DNA of 64,000 nucleotides from Escherichia coli (GTDB lineage Bacteria; Pseudomonadota; Gammaproteobacteria; Enterobacterales; Enterobacteriaceae): NCBI RefSeq assembly GCF_024223415.1, contig NZ_CP100500.1; one strand, 5' to 3'. Shown piece by piece: positions 54,023 to 64,000 of this stretch (position 1 is its first letter; each line of letters starts with the position of its first letter). The notes under the pieces were generated by a model. It saw only the letters and a program-made list of their open reading frames with translations, ran no database searches and was not told where the DNA came from. The position numbers and the translations under genes were made by a program.

Positions 54023-54802
54023 TCAGATAAAGTGCTTACGCAACCGTTGAGAGAGGAAATCCAGCAGGCTGACCGTGACGATGATAAGCACCATCAGGGC
54101 GCAGGTTTGCTGGAACTGGAAACCGCGAATCGCTTCCCACAGCGTGACGCCGATCCCGCCCGCGCCGACCATGCCGACGACGGTCGCCGAGCGGACGTTG
54201 GATTCGAAGCGATAGAGGGAGTAGGAGATAAGCAGCGGCATCACCTGCGGCAGCACGCCGTAGAGGATCTCTTCGAGCTTGTTGGCGCCGGTGGCGCGAA
54301 TGCCTTCCACCGGGCCGGGTTCAATCGCTTCCACCGCTTCGGAAAGCAGCTTGGAGAGCACGCCGGTGGTGTGGATAAACAGCGCCAGCACGCCAGCGAA
54401 TGGGCCGAGGCCGACGGCGACCACGAACAGCATGGCGAAGACCATTTCGTTAATGGCGCGGCAGGCGTCCATCAGGCGGCGAACGGGCTGGTAAACCCAC
54501 CACGGCACCAGGTTTTCGGCGCTCATCAGGCCGAAGGGGATGGAGAGAACCACCGCCAGCGCGGTGCCCCAGACGGCGATTTGCAGCGTGACGAGCATTT
54601 CGGTGAGGTAATCCTGCCACTGGCTGAAATCAGGCGGGAAGAAGTCGGCGGCGAAAGTCGCCATGTTGCCGCCGTCTTTAATCAGCGTGAGCGGGGCCAT
54701 TTCCGCGCCCTGCCACGAGACGACCAGCACGGCGAGTACAACGGCCCAGCTCAGAAGCGAGAACCAGCTGCGCTTGGGTGGGGCGATGGTGATGGTTTGC
54801 AT
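54023..54802 (-). CDS. phnE: Phosphonate ABC transporter permease PhnE (uninterrupted reading frame)
   Basis: Continuous ORF 54023..54826 (267 aa); start set at MQTITIAPP (ATG at about 54802); polytopic membrane protein. Confidence 0.85.
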   Translation of the reverse strand: MQTITIAPPKRSWFSLLSWAVVLAVLVVSWQGAEMAPLTLIKDGGNMATFAADFFPPDFSQWQDYLTEMLVTLQIAVWGTALAVVLSIPFGLMSAENLVPWWVYQPVRRLMDACRAINEMVFAMLFVVAVGLGPFAGVLALFIHTTGVLSKLLSEAVEAIEPGPVEGIRATGANKLEEILYGVLPQVMPLLISYSLYRFESNVRSATVVGMVGAGGIGVTLWEAIRGFQFQQTCALMVLIIVTVSLLDFLSQRLRKHFI

Positions 54803-54831
54803 GTTTGGCTCCGTGATAGTGTGCACGATCG

Positions 54832-54930
54832 GTTCCCTCGCCCCTTCGGGGAGAGGGTTAGGGTGAGGGGCAACGTGCGCGCCGATCCCCTCACCCCGGC
54901 CCTCTCCCCAAAGGGGAGAGGGAGAAAACC
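54832..54930. repeat. GC-rich palindromic intergenic repeat (boxC-like), copy 3, tandem
   Basis: ccctcgccccttcggggagagggttagggtgaggggcaacgtgcgcgccgatcccctcaccccggccctctccccaaaggggagaggg between phnE and phnD. Confidence 0.4.
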
Positions 54931-54931
54931 A

Positions 54932-55948
54932 TTACTGCACCGCTTTACTCACCGAACTCATCGCGCTTAACGCGTTGTTCAGGCGGTCCAGGTCATCCAG
55001 CTGCGCCTGAATGGCGGTGGTTTTCGCCAGCTTGTCCTGCTCATTCAGCCCTTTATTGCCTTTCACGCCCTGCATCTCTTTAAACAGCGCGAGCTGGCGA
55101 ATCGGCACCAGTTGCAGGTCGCTGGAGGCGCGGAACGGCGCCCAGCCCAGGCGTTCCAGCACCGCTTTCTCTTCCGGCGTTTTTCCGTAGTTCATAAAGA
55201 AGTCGTAGATCTTGTCTTTGGTGGTTTCGGACAGATTCTTGCGCCAGACGATCGGATCGCCTGGGATCAGCGGCGATTTCCAGATCACTTTCAGTTCTTT
55301 CAACTTCTCCGGCGCGGAGGTTTTCAGCTTGTCGAGGTTCTCGGTGTTGTTAGTGGCAACATCCACCTGCTTGTTGGCGACGGCCAGCGCGTTGGTTTCA
55401 TGCCCGGCGTTGACGGTGCGCTTGAAGTCGCTGGCGGAGATATTGTTTTTGGCGAAGACGTAGTAGCCGGGGACGAGGAAGCCAGAGGTGGAGTTAGGAT
55501 CGCCATTGCCGAAGGTGAGATCTTTCCGCTTCGCCAGCAGATCGCTCAGGTTGTTGATCGGGCTGTCTTTGTTGACGATTAACACGCTCCAGTAACCCGG
55601 CGATCCGTCCGCCGCGACGGTCTGAGCGAAGACCTGGCCGTTGGCGCGATCCACCGCTTCCATCGCCGACAGGTTGCCGTACCAGGCGATATCCACTTTG
55701 TTGAAGCGCATTCCCTGGATAATGCCCGCGTAGTCCGGGGCAAAGAAGGCGTTGACCTTCACGCCAAGCTTCTTCTCCATATCCTGTAAAAACGGCGTCC
55801 ATTGTGGTTTCAGGTTTTGCTGTGATTCCGTTGAAATAATGCCGAAATTCAGCGCCTTTTCCTGTTCTTCGGCGTGTGCCGGGCTTAACAGGGTGCTGAG
55901 GCTGAACATGCTGGTGAAGGCCAGCGAGGCAATTATCTTAGCGTTCAT
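54932..55948 (-). CDS. phnD: Phosphonate ABC transporter periplasmic binding protein PhnD
   Basis: 338-aa ORF with signal peptide. Confidence 0.9.
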   Translation of the reverse strand: MNAKIIASLAFTSMFSLSTLLSPAHAEEQEKALNFGIISTESQQNLKPQWTPFLQDMEKKLGVKVNAFFAPDYAGIIQGMRFNKVDIAWYGNLSAMEAVDRANGQVFAQTVAADGSPGYWSVLIVNKDSPINNLSDLLAKRKDLTFGNGDPNSTSGFLVPGYYVFAKNNISASDFKRTVNAGHETNALAVANKQVDVATNNTENLDKLKTSAPEKLKELKVIWKSPLIPGDPIVWRKNLSETTKDKIYDFFMNYGKTPEEKAVLERLGWAPFRASSDLQLVPIRQLALFKEMQGVKGNKGLNEQDKLAKTTAIQAQLDDLDRLNNALSAMSSVSKAVQ

Positions 55949-55972
55949 TCGTTTTCCTCAATGATGGGGATG

Positions 55973-56761
55973 TCAGGCAGCTTTCGCGTTCTCTTCGACG
56001 CGGTTGATGCTGCGGTAGAGATGGTCAAAACGTTCGTTATCAAACTGTTGGCTGCTGCCGTCGTAGAAGACGTGCCCCTGACGCAGGGCGACGATGCGCT
56101 CGCAGTAGCGCAGGGCGTAATCCACCTGATGTAGCGTGACGACCACGGTGATGCCGTCGTTCTGGTTGATGTCGCGCAGGATGTCCATCACGATGCGCGC
56201 CGATTCCGGGTCCAGCGAGGCGATCGGTTCGTCGGCGAGAATCACCTTCGCCTGCTGCATCAGCGCGCGGGCAATCGCTACACGCTGCTGCTGTCCGCCG
56301 GAGAGGGTGGAAATGCGCTGATGGGCAAAATGCACCATGCCAACACGGGTCAGCGCCTGTAACGCGCGCTGTTTCTGCTCGCGGGTGAACCAGCTAAAAC
56401 AGGTGCGCCAGAACGGCGTGCTGCCGAGCGCGCCAATCAGCACGTTCTCCAGTACGCTCAGGCGATTCACCAGGTTGAATTGTTGGAAGATGTAGCCGGT
56501 GTTGGCGCGGCTTTTGCGGATATCGCGGGCCAGACGGCCATTTTGCTGGACGGTACGGCCCAGCAGTTCGACGCGGCATTCTGGCTTTTTATCGCCGACA
56601 ATCAGGCCGCTTAAGTGACGTAAAAGGGTGGATTTGCCGGAACCCGACGGCCCAAGCAGAGCCACCATTTCACCGTGATGAATGTTCAGATCAACCGCAT
56701 GCAGCGCCTGATGCTGATTGAAGGTTTTGGCGAGCTTCTCGACACGGATAATCGTTTGCAT
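55973..56761 (-). CDS. phnC: Phosphonate ABC transporter ATP-binding protein PhnC
   Basis: 262-aa ORF with Walker [10 protein letters not shown] and LSGGQQQR. Confidence 0.9.
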   Translation of the reverse strand: MQTIIRVEKLAKTFNQHQALHAVDLNIHHGEMVALLGPSGSGKSTLLRHLSGLIVGDKKPECRVELLGRTVQQNGRLARDIRKSRANTGYIFQQFNLVNRLSVLENVLIGALGSTPFWRTCFSWFTREQKQRALQALTRVGMVHFAHQRISTLSGGQQQRVAIARALMQQAKVILADEPIASLDPESARIVMDILRDINQNDGITVVVTLHQVDYALRYCERIVALRQGHVFYDGSSQQFDNERFDHLYRSINRVEENAKAA

Positions 56762-56802
56762 GATGCAGCCTCCCTAAAAAAGTGGCTCCATCGTGGCGGA
56801 TT

Positions 56803-56838
56803 ATTGTGACGATTTGGTTAATTAAAAGTGACTAACAG
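56803..56838 (-). promoter_or_regulatory. Pho box (PhoB binding site) of the phnC promoter
   Basis: Minus-strand CTGTTAGTCAC-TTTTAATTAACCAAATCGTCACAA with repeated CTGTxA(T/C) heptads about 40-75 bp upstream of the phnC ATG. Confidence 0.6.
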
Positions 56839-56893
56839 ATGAAGAGTTAACGGGAATTCGATGACAGTGCGGGAGGGCGGGCCTCCCGGCGGA

Positions 56894-57337
56894 TTATTGC
56901 GTTGGTTGTTGTTTGACGACATTAATCATCCACGGTACGCCAAATTTATCGGTGACTTTGCCGAAGCCATGCGCCCAGAAAGTTTCCTGCCAAGCCATTT
57001 CGATTTTTCCGTTGGCGGCAAGATTGTCAAACCAGCGTTTTCCTTCTTCGACCTGTTGCGAATCGAGCACCAGCGTAAAGCCGGAGTAGCTGGCTTTTCC
57101 TGACGGCATGGCATCGCTCATCATGATGTCGCTTCCGGCAATGCGCACGTTGGCATGAGCGATGGCGGTATCGGGAAATTGCATTCCGGAAGGGCAGTTC
57201 TCGGCGCTGTCCTGCGCTGATTTTGGCATTTCGCCGAAGCTGATTTTATAGAGCAGTTCCGCGCCCAATGTGCGTTGATAATAAGCAATCGCGTCGGCAC
57301 AGTTACCGGCAAAAGAGAGGTAGGGACTTAACGGCAT
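56894..57337 (-). CDS. phnB: Glyoxalase/bleomycin-resistance fold protein PhnB (YjdN)
   Basis: 147-aa ORF at the K-12-syntenic position upstream of phnC. Confidence 0.8.
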   Translation of the reverse strand: MPLSPYLSFAGNCADAIAYYQRTLGAELLYKISFGEMPKSAQDSAENCPSGMQFPDTAIAHANVRIAGSDIMMSDAMPSGKASYSGFTLVLDSQQVEEGKRWFDNLAANGKIEMAWQETFWAHGFGKVTDKFGVPWMINVVKQQPTQ

Positions 57338-57399
57338 GATGGTGACCTCAGTTAAGAGAAGCCAGTTAAGTGTAGTTCGAAATTTATACAGATGAGAGG

Positions 57400-57519
<120 letters not shown>

Positions 57520-57561
57520 TGAACTGCACCCCAAATGTTGGACATAATCTGACATCTGAAG

Positions 57562-58092
57562 GTGCAGTTTATGAAACATTCATTTGAAGTAAAACTTGCC
57601 GCTGTAAATCATTACCTGGCCGGTCATGCAGGCATCATTTCTACGGCAAAACTCTTTCAACTTTCTCACACCAGCCTCTCACACTGGATTAATCTTTTTC
57701 TTCTTCACGGTCCTCAGGCACTGGATTGCAGACACAAGCGTAGCTATTCTCCTGAAGATAAACTTTGCGTGGTTCTTTATGCTCTCGGGCATTCTGAGTC
57801 TCTACCCCGGGTAGCTGCCCGGTTTAACATTCCCAGCCACAACATGGTTAAAAACTGGATAAAAGGCTACCGCAAATCTGGTAATGAGGCCTTTATCAGG
57901 CGCAGGAAGGAGAAAAGCATGACCCGTTCTGATGATACCCATGAAAACGAGGCAAACATGACGCCGGAAGAGATGAAGAATGAGCTGCGTTATCTTCGCG
58001 CAGAAAATGCATATCTGAAAGCCATGCAGGAGCATCTCCTGGAAAAAAAGCGCCAGGAGCTGGAGAAAAAACGAAAGTCATCCAGAGCCTGA
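57562..58092 (+). CDS. insJ: IS150 OrfA (InsJ)
   Basis: 176-aa ORF identical to the copy-1 InsJ. Confidence 0.9.
   Translation: MQFMKHSFEVKLAAVNHYLAGHAGIISTAKLFQLSHTSLSHWINLFLLHGPQALDCRHKRSYSPEDKLCVVLYALGHSESLPRVAARFNIPSHNMVKNWIKGYRKSGNEAFIRRRKEKSMTRSDDTHENEANMTPEEMKNELRYLRAENAYLKAMQEHLLEKKRQELEKKRKSSRA
58044..58050 (+). other. Programmed -1 ribosomal frameshift slippery site A-AAA-AAG of IS150
   Basis: ggaaaaaaagcg near the 3' end of orfA where the orfB reading frame overlaps; typical of IS3-family OrfAB fusion. Confidence 0.6.
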
Positions 58093-58196
58093 AGTGCGGA
58101 CACTGCCAGTCTGACCTGTTAAAGGCTGCAGGGCTGGCCAGAAGCACGCTGTACTACCAGCTGTCACTGCAGAAGGCTAAGGACAAGTATGCTGAT

Positions 58197-58951
<755 letters not shown>

Positions 58952-58976
58952 CCAGCGTCGCATCAGGCATTCACAC

Positions 58977-59003
58977 ATTGCCGGGTGGATATCCCCGGCA
59001 ATC
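58977..59003 (-). terminator. Hairpin ttgccggg-tggatatc-cccggcaa after gltP
   Basis: 8-bp stem a few bp after the gltP stop; no clear U-tract. Confidence 0.3.
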
Positions 59004-59008
59004 TTCAA

Positions 59009-60322
59009 TTATTGATCCGCAGTTTTATCAAATTTGCCCAGCACTTCACGCTCATAAGCCAGCGCTTTCTTACGGTCAAATTTGTGTTCCCACTTGGCAA
59101 TCACCAGCACCGCCAGTGCATTACCCACCACGTTCAGCGCAGTACGCGCCATATCGAGGATACGGTCAACACCGGCAATAAACGCCAGACCTTCCAGCGG
59201 AATACCTACGCTACCCAGCGTTGCCAGCAACACCACAAACGACACGCCCGGCACGCCAGCAATCCCTTTCGAGGTCACCATCAGCGTCAGCACCAGAATG
59301 ATTTCCTGCCAGATGGACAGGTCAATGCCATACAGCTGAGCGATGAAAATAGCGGCAATACTTTGGTACAGCGTCGAACCATCAAGGTTAAAAGAGTAAC
59401 CGGTCGGCACCACGAAACTGGTGATCGACGCCGGTGCTCCGTAGGCTTCCATCTTCTCAATAATTCGCGGCAGTACGCTTTCAGAGCTGGCAGTGGAGTA
59501 CGCCAGAATCAGCTCATCTTTCAGAATACGAATCAGGATCCAGACGCTTAACCCGCACAGGCGCGCCACAATTCCCAGCACTACCAGCGCGAAGAACAGA
59601 ATGGCGAAATGCACCAGCAGCACCAGTTTCGCCAGTGGCCACAGAGAAGAGAAACCAAAGTTAGCCACCGTCACCGCAATCAGCGCAAACACACCCACCG
59701 GCGCATAACGCATCACCATGTGAGTCACTTTAAACATGGTTTCAGAGATGGAGCGGAACACGGTCACCAGCGGTTCACGATGCGTCGCGGGCAGGGAGGA
59801 AAGCCCCAAACCAAACAGCACCGAGAAGAAGATGATCGGCAGCATTTCGCCTTTCGCCATCGACGCCACAATGTTCGTCGGCACCAGCGACAAAATCGTG
59901 CCCATAATGCCGTGGGAACTGCTTTGTACCGCTTCCGTAGTGCTCTGATATTTCGAGATATCGACGGTCGCCAACTGCGACATATCCACCCCGGCACCGG
60001 GCTGGAAGACGTTCGCCAGAGTGATCCCCAAAATGATGGCAACGGTGGTGATCACCTCGAAGTAGATAATGGTTTTCGCGCCAATACGCCCGAGCTGTTT
60101 GGCATCACCAACACCCGCGATACCCACCACCAGCGTGGAGATCACAATCGGCACAACAATCATTTTGATCAGATGGATGAAGATATCACCCGCCGGAGAG
60201 AGCAAATTGACGACCAGCCAGTCGCGGCTGTCGCTATGGTAGTGCAGGTAGCTTCCCAGGAGAATGCCCAGCACCATAGCAAACAGAATCTGCCAGGCCA
60301 GGCTGAATTTTATATTTTTCAT
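59009..60322 (-). CDS. gltP: Proton:glutamate/aspartate symporter GltP
   Basis: 437-aa dicarboxylate/amino acid:cation symporter ORF. Confidence 0.92.
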   Translation of the reverse strand: MKNIKFSLAWQILFAMVLGILLGSYLHYHSDSRDWLVVNLLSPAGDIFIHLIKMIVVPIVISTLVVGIAGVGDAKQLGRIGAKTIIYFEVITTVAIILGITLANVFQPGAGVDMSQLATVDISKYQSTTEAVQSSSHGIMGTILSLVPTNIVASMAKGEMLPIIFFSVLFGLGLSSLPATHREPLVTVFRSISETMFKVTHMVMRYAPVGVFALIAVTVANFGFSSLWPLAKLVLLVHFAILFFALVVLGIVARLCGLSVWILIRILKDELILAYSTASSESVLPRIIEKMEAYGAPASITSFVVPTGYSFNLDGSTLYQSIAAIFIAQLYGIDLSIWQEIILVLTLMVTSKGIAGVPGVSFVVLLATLGSVGIPLEGLAFIAGVDRILDMARTALNVVGNALAVLVIAKWEHKFDRKKALAYEREVLGKFDKTADQ

Positions 60323-60663
60323 CAGAATAACTTCCTCAATGGAGCGCCGTTCCCCGTTCAGAAACGCGAGAACGTGACATACTGCCAGGGCATGAATTGT
60401 GTTGCGTTGGTTTGTAGATTTTTTTAACGCTTATGATCAGTATCATTTGCGCGGTATGTTGCGCAACCCTTTAACAACAGAGCTTTTCGCTGCATTAATG
60501 CATAATAACGCGAGTTTATGGCAGGATTAATGAATAACCATTTGTTATGGAAAGATTTTTATTTGTTTAATCTGCAATAATACTGATTAGTGATTATTTT
60601 TGGCATATGTTCATTCGATTATTTTTTATGCAGCTCAATAACATAATCTTCATCACCAGATGA

Positions 60664-61260
60664 TTAATCCGATCTCCGCTGCAACAATTTCGCCATATTA
60701 ATCGACTCGACCAGCTGTGTCCGGTTGATCCGGGGTGAGTTGAGATCCATCACTTTTTGCCATAGTTCTATGGCTTGCGCGTAATTCGCCTGCATAAACG
60801 CATCGGAAGCCAGCAGCATCAGAGCGGTGATTTCGTTAGAGTCCAGCGCGAGGGCTTTGTCGATCATTGCGCGAGTCTGGGCGGTCATATGCTGGCTGGC
60901 CTGGTAATAAAGCACCGTCGCCAGCGCCGCATACAGTTCAGCGTTCTCACCACGTAGTTGCAACGCCTGACGGTACGCCAGCAGCGAATTGCTGTAATCG
61001 TTTTGCCACAGATAGTACTCGCCCAGTAACGCCCACTGTTCGCTGTTTTGTGGATTAGCGCGGATTTTATCCTGCAATGCCTGAAGCTGCGCTTCCGGGG
61101 TTTGCTGGCTGGCAAACTGATGTAGCGGATCGCGCTGACGCTGATACTCCGCACGTACCGCCTGCCATTTTGGGCTTAACAGATAACTGCCGACACAGAG
61201 GAATACCATCAATATCGTGAGTGTTGTCAGCATTTTCACCGGTATTTGAGGCTGTTTCAT
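60664..61260 (-). CDS. nrfG: Formate-dependent nitrite reductase complex TPR protein NrfG
   Basis: ORF 60664..61326; start at [13 protein letters not shown] (198 aa); TPR repeats; overlaps nrfF. Confidence 0.85.
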   Translation of the reverse strand: MKQPQIPVKMLTTLTILMVFLCVGSYLLSPKWQAVRAEYQRQRDPLHQFASQQTPEAQLQALQDKIRANPQNSEQWALLGEYYLWQNDYSNSLLAYRQALQLRGENAELYAALATVLYYQASQHMTAQTRAMIDKALALDSNEITALMLLASDAFMQANYAQAIELWQKVMDLNSPRINRTQLVESINMAKLLQRRSD

Positions 61261-61640
61261 CGCTTCGCCCTCACTCGCCAGAGGATCAGTGCCATCAGCA
61301 GTAACAACACCACTGGCAGCGCCCACAACACCAGCGTCTGACCCGTTAACGGTGGGTTATAGCGAACAAAATCTCCGTAGCGTTCGGTCATCCAGCCAAT
61401 GATTTCGACTTCACTTTTCCCCTCCGCCACCATGCTGTAAACCTGATGGCGCATACTGACTGCCACCGGCGCGTTGGATTCCAGTAAGTTTTGATTCTGG
61501 CACTGCGGACAACGTAACTGGCTGGCAATATTTAACGCCTGTTGCTGTTGTTGCGGATTGGCGAATTGCCAGGTGTCTACAACCTGAGCGCGCGCAAAAC
61601 AGGTAAATAACAGCAGTAGCGTGAGAAGCCCTTTATACAT
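61257..61640 (-). CDS. nrfF: Cytochrome c heme lyase subunit NrfF
   Basis: 127-aa ORF with signal peptide and CPQC motif. Confidence 0.88.
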   Translation of the reverse strand: MYKGLLTLLLLFTCFARAQVVDTWQFANPQQQQQALNIASQLRCPQCQNQNLLESNAPVAVSMRHQVYSMVAEGKSEVEIIGWMTERYGDFVRYNPPLTGQTLVLWALPVVLLLLMALILWRVRAKR

Positions 61641-63312
61641 CGCGCTTCTTCCCCCGCCATCCGCTTAACAATGCGCCCGCAATCATCAACAATCCTCCCC
61701 CCCAGATCCAGCGCACACCGCTTTGTACATACAAACGAAAAGCGTAACGATCCGCTCCGGTTTTTTCACCCATGACCGCATACCAGTCATGGATGCCGTT
61801 CCAGCGAATTGACGGTTCCATCATTTGCTGACGACGTGCTTCGTAAAAACGCCGCTCCGGCGTTAATTCACCAATGCGTTGCTGATGGTCAAACAGCGCC
61901 ACTATCGCTTTTTCGCTGGTGTAATTGCCTTTGGCTTGTAGATCGAGGCGCTCAAAACGGAAGGTGTATCCTGCCAGCATCACCTGCTGGCCCGGCTGTA
62001 AATTCAGGCTGATTTCCTGACGGCTGACGCTGGAAACCACGACCCCAGCGGCAAATAACAGCACGCCCGCATGAGCTACCAGCGCCGGAAGCTGCACGCG
62101 TTTGCCAGAGACAAACTTCGCCAGCACAATCACCACCAACATCAACAGACCAAACGGTAACGTCGCGCGGTTAAAATACGGTGCGCCAACGGAGAGGCGT
62201 CCCCAGCCCAGCAGGTCGTAAATCATCGGATAAAGCGTTCCCACCAGCACGATCAGTAGCACTGCGCAAAACAGCAACAGCGTAGCGAGGATTAACATTT
62301 CCCGCGATAACCCCGAAAAACGCACCGCCGGGCCACCGTCCCGCGCTCGCCAGCCATACAGAGCCAGAGACGCAAGGCTAATCAGTACAAACAGACTGAA
62401 CAACGGCACGGCGCGGACGTTATCCAGCGCGAACGCATGAACCGAAACCAGAATGCCAGAACGGACAATTAAGGTGCCCAGCAGCGACAGCATCAGAGTA
62501 ACTATCGCCAGTAACAGCGACCAGTGGCGAAAAATCCCCCGCTGGCGTGTCAGGGATAAACTGTGCAGCAACGCAGTGGCAGAAAGCCAGGGTAGTAAAG
62601 AGGCGTTTTCCACCGGATCCCAGAACCACCAGCCGCCCCAGCCCAGTTCGCAATAGGCCCACCAGGAACCGAGGATGATCCCCGCAGTTAATGCACTCCA
62701 GCCAGGTAACGCCCAGCGCCAGCAAATTCGGGCGCAGGCACCATCAAACTCGCCGCGCAGTAGACTCGCCAGCGCCACGCTCGCCGCTACCATCAAACCG
62801 CCATAGCCAAGGTAAAGCAGCGGTGGATGAAAGATAAGACCGGGATGTTGCAGCATCGGATTGAGATCGCGGCCTTCGATTGCTGGTGGAAATATCCGCA
62901 CGAAGGGATCGGACCACAGCACTACAAACAGTAGCAGTGCGGCGAGCATGAGAGATAAAACGGCTAACGTCAGCGGAAATAGCGGATCGGTTTGCTGCCG
63001 ATAATGCCAGGCAAACAGCGCGCTCCAGGCGGAAAGCAGCAGAACCCAAAGCAGCAGCGAACCTTCATGACCACCCCATACCGCCGCCAGTTTGAGTTCC
63101 CACGACAGCAGGCTGTAGCTATGTTGGGCGACATAAATGACCGAGAAATCGCTGATGAGAAAACAATACGTCAGTACGCCAAAGGCGAGCAGCAGGAGCG
63201 CGAACTGTGCCAGAATGCCGATGCAAGTGAGTCGCATCATGGCAGGCCAGCGCAACCGCACTCCCGCAAAGGCCGTCAACGGGGTCAACACGTTGACCCC
63301 GAGACTTAACAA
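61633..63312 (-). CDS. nrfE: Cytochrome c-type biogenesis heme lyase NrfE (CcmF paralogue)
   Basis: 559-aa ORF, polytopic membrane protein with WGGWWFWD tryptophan-rich motif; exact start uncertain by a few codons. Confidence 0.85.
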   Translation of the reverse strand: MLSLGVNVLTPLTAFAGVRLRWPAMMRLTCIGILAQFALLLLAFGVLTYCFLISDFSVIYVAQHSYSLLSWELKLAAVWGGHEGSLLLWVLLLSAWSALFAWHYRQQTDPLFPLTLAVLSLMLAALLLFVVLWSDPFVRIFPPAIEGRDLNPMLQHPGLIFHPPLLYLGYGGLMVAASVALASLLRGEFDGACARICWRWALPGWSALTAGIILGSWWAYCELGWGGWWFWDPVENASLLPWLSATALLHSLSLTRQRGIFRHWSLLLAIVTLMLSLLGTLIVRSGILVSVHAFALDNVRAVPLFSLFVLISLASLALYGWRARDGGPAVRFSGLSREMLILATLLLFCAVLLIVLVGTLYPMIYDLLGWGRLSVGAPYFNRATLPFGLLMLVVIVLAKFVSGKRVQLPALVAHAGVLLFAAGVVVSSVSRQEISLNLQPGQQVMLAGYTFRFERLDLQAKGNYTSEKAIVALFDHQQRIGELTPERRFYEARRQQMMEPSIRWNGIHDWYAVMGEKTGADRYAFRLYVQSGVRWIWGGGLLMIAGALLSGWRGKKRDV

Positions 63313-63370
63313 CAGCGCCAGAAAACCGACTTCAGGAAGGAATACGTCCAGAAACCACCTCTGTTCTGGC

Positions 63371-64000
63371 TTACGCCACCGTTAACTGCCCGGCGTAGAG
63401 AATGAAAAATCGCAACATCAACACGCCGACCAGACTGGCCCCACACGCCGCCAGCACGGCAGGAATGCCGGAACTGCGATTGACCCACGGTTTGAGCAAC
63501 ATTGGCACAATCAGCCCCAGCCCGGCGACACCAAGCCAGAACCACCACGTCCAGAAACCGCCGCCCAATGCCGCCACCAGCGCACGCACTTTACCGTCAT
63601 CGCCCAGCGCCAGACCGACAAAAAACGCCACCAGCAGGAAGATTTCACCCCATACCACGGGGATTTCCATACGGTGTACAAACTGCGCTTCCGTGGAATG
63701 CGGGTTACTGCGTTGGCGTATCGCCATGGCGATCAGTGCCACCGCCGCACCGGACGAGATGCCGGAGAAGAGGAACAGCACCGGCAGGATCGGGTTATTA
63801 AGGAACGGATACGATTTCAGCGCCGACAGCAGAAAACCGGTATAAGCCCCCAACAACACCGCCAGCACCAGCATCAATGTTTCCAGTCCGCGATGAACGG
63901 GCGTCAGCAGGCTCAGAACCTTTTGCACGATCCCCAGCTTCGGCAACCAGCGTTGTTGCAGGGCAAGCAAATCATGTTCAAAGATTTTCGCCAGCCACAG
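63371..64000 (-). CDS. nrfD: Nitrite reductase membrane subunit NrfD, C-terminal part (gene continues beyond window end)
   Basis: ORF 63371..63970 is open to the window edge; NrfD/PsrC-type hydrophobic protein; operon position before nrfE. Confidence 0.8.
   Translation of the reverse strand: MWLAKIFEHDLLALQQRWLPKLGIVQKVLSLLTPVHRGLETLMLVLAVLLGAYTGFLLSALKSYPFLNNPILPVLFLFSGISSGAAVALIAMAIRQRSNPHSTEAQFVHRMEIPVVWGEIFLLVAFFVGLALGDDGKVRALVAALGGGFWTWWFWLGVAGLGLIVPMLLKPWVNRSSGIPAVLAACGASLVGVLMLRFFILYAGQLTVA

Noticed and set aside
54032..54970. 312-aa plus-strand ORF spanning phnE and the phnE-phnD spacer
   Set aside because: Antisense to phnE; composition (Arg/Gly/His/Asp-rich) and lack of any recognisable domain argue against a real gene.
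59609..60427. 272-aa plus-strand ORF inside gltP
   Set aside because: Antisense shadow ORF with extreme His/Arg/Gln content, overlapped by a well-supported transporter gene.

Overview
This window is enterobacterial chromosome, recognisably the Escherichia coli dcuSR-fumB / mel / adi / eptA-basRS / proP / phn / fdhF / mdtNOP / gltP / nrf neighbourhood, identified from the six-frame translations and gene order recalled from E. coli K-12. No searches or computations were run; coordinates of non-CDS features are read by eye and may be off by 1-2 bp. Three things stand out. (1) A ~9.5 kb accessory cluster (36.0-45.5 kb) sits between yjcS and yjdP, where K-12 carries the als/rpi allose genes. It encodes an OmpR-family (TorR-like) response regulator, a six-gene operon (ribose-type ABC transporter, cupin sugar isomerase, class II aldolase, PfkB kinase) and a divergent hybrid sensor kinase with no HPt domain; the divergent promoter holds tandem decamers resembling TorR boxes. 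This is my best candidate for the poorly described system. (2) Two IS150 copies in inverted orientation (about 24288-25719 and 57520-58952) bracket a ~32 kb segment (yjcO to phnB) that is inverted relative to its flanks; each copy has mismatched flanking triplets that become proper target-site duplications when swapped, and both sit in REP palindrome loops. (3) yjcO carries a single in-frame amber stop. Also present: fdhF with its selenocysteine UGA and SECIS hairpin, a complete 14-gene phn operon with an uninterrupted phnE, the small pmrR ORF antisense to the basS 3' end, many REP elements and three GC-rich palindromic intergenic repeats. No tRNA, rRNA or CRISPR was seen.
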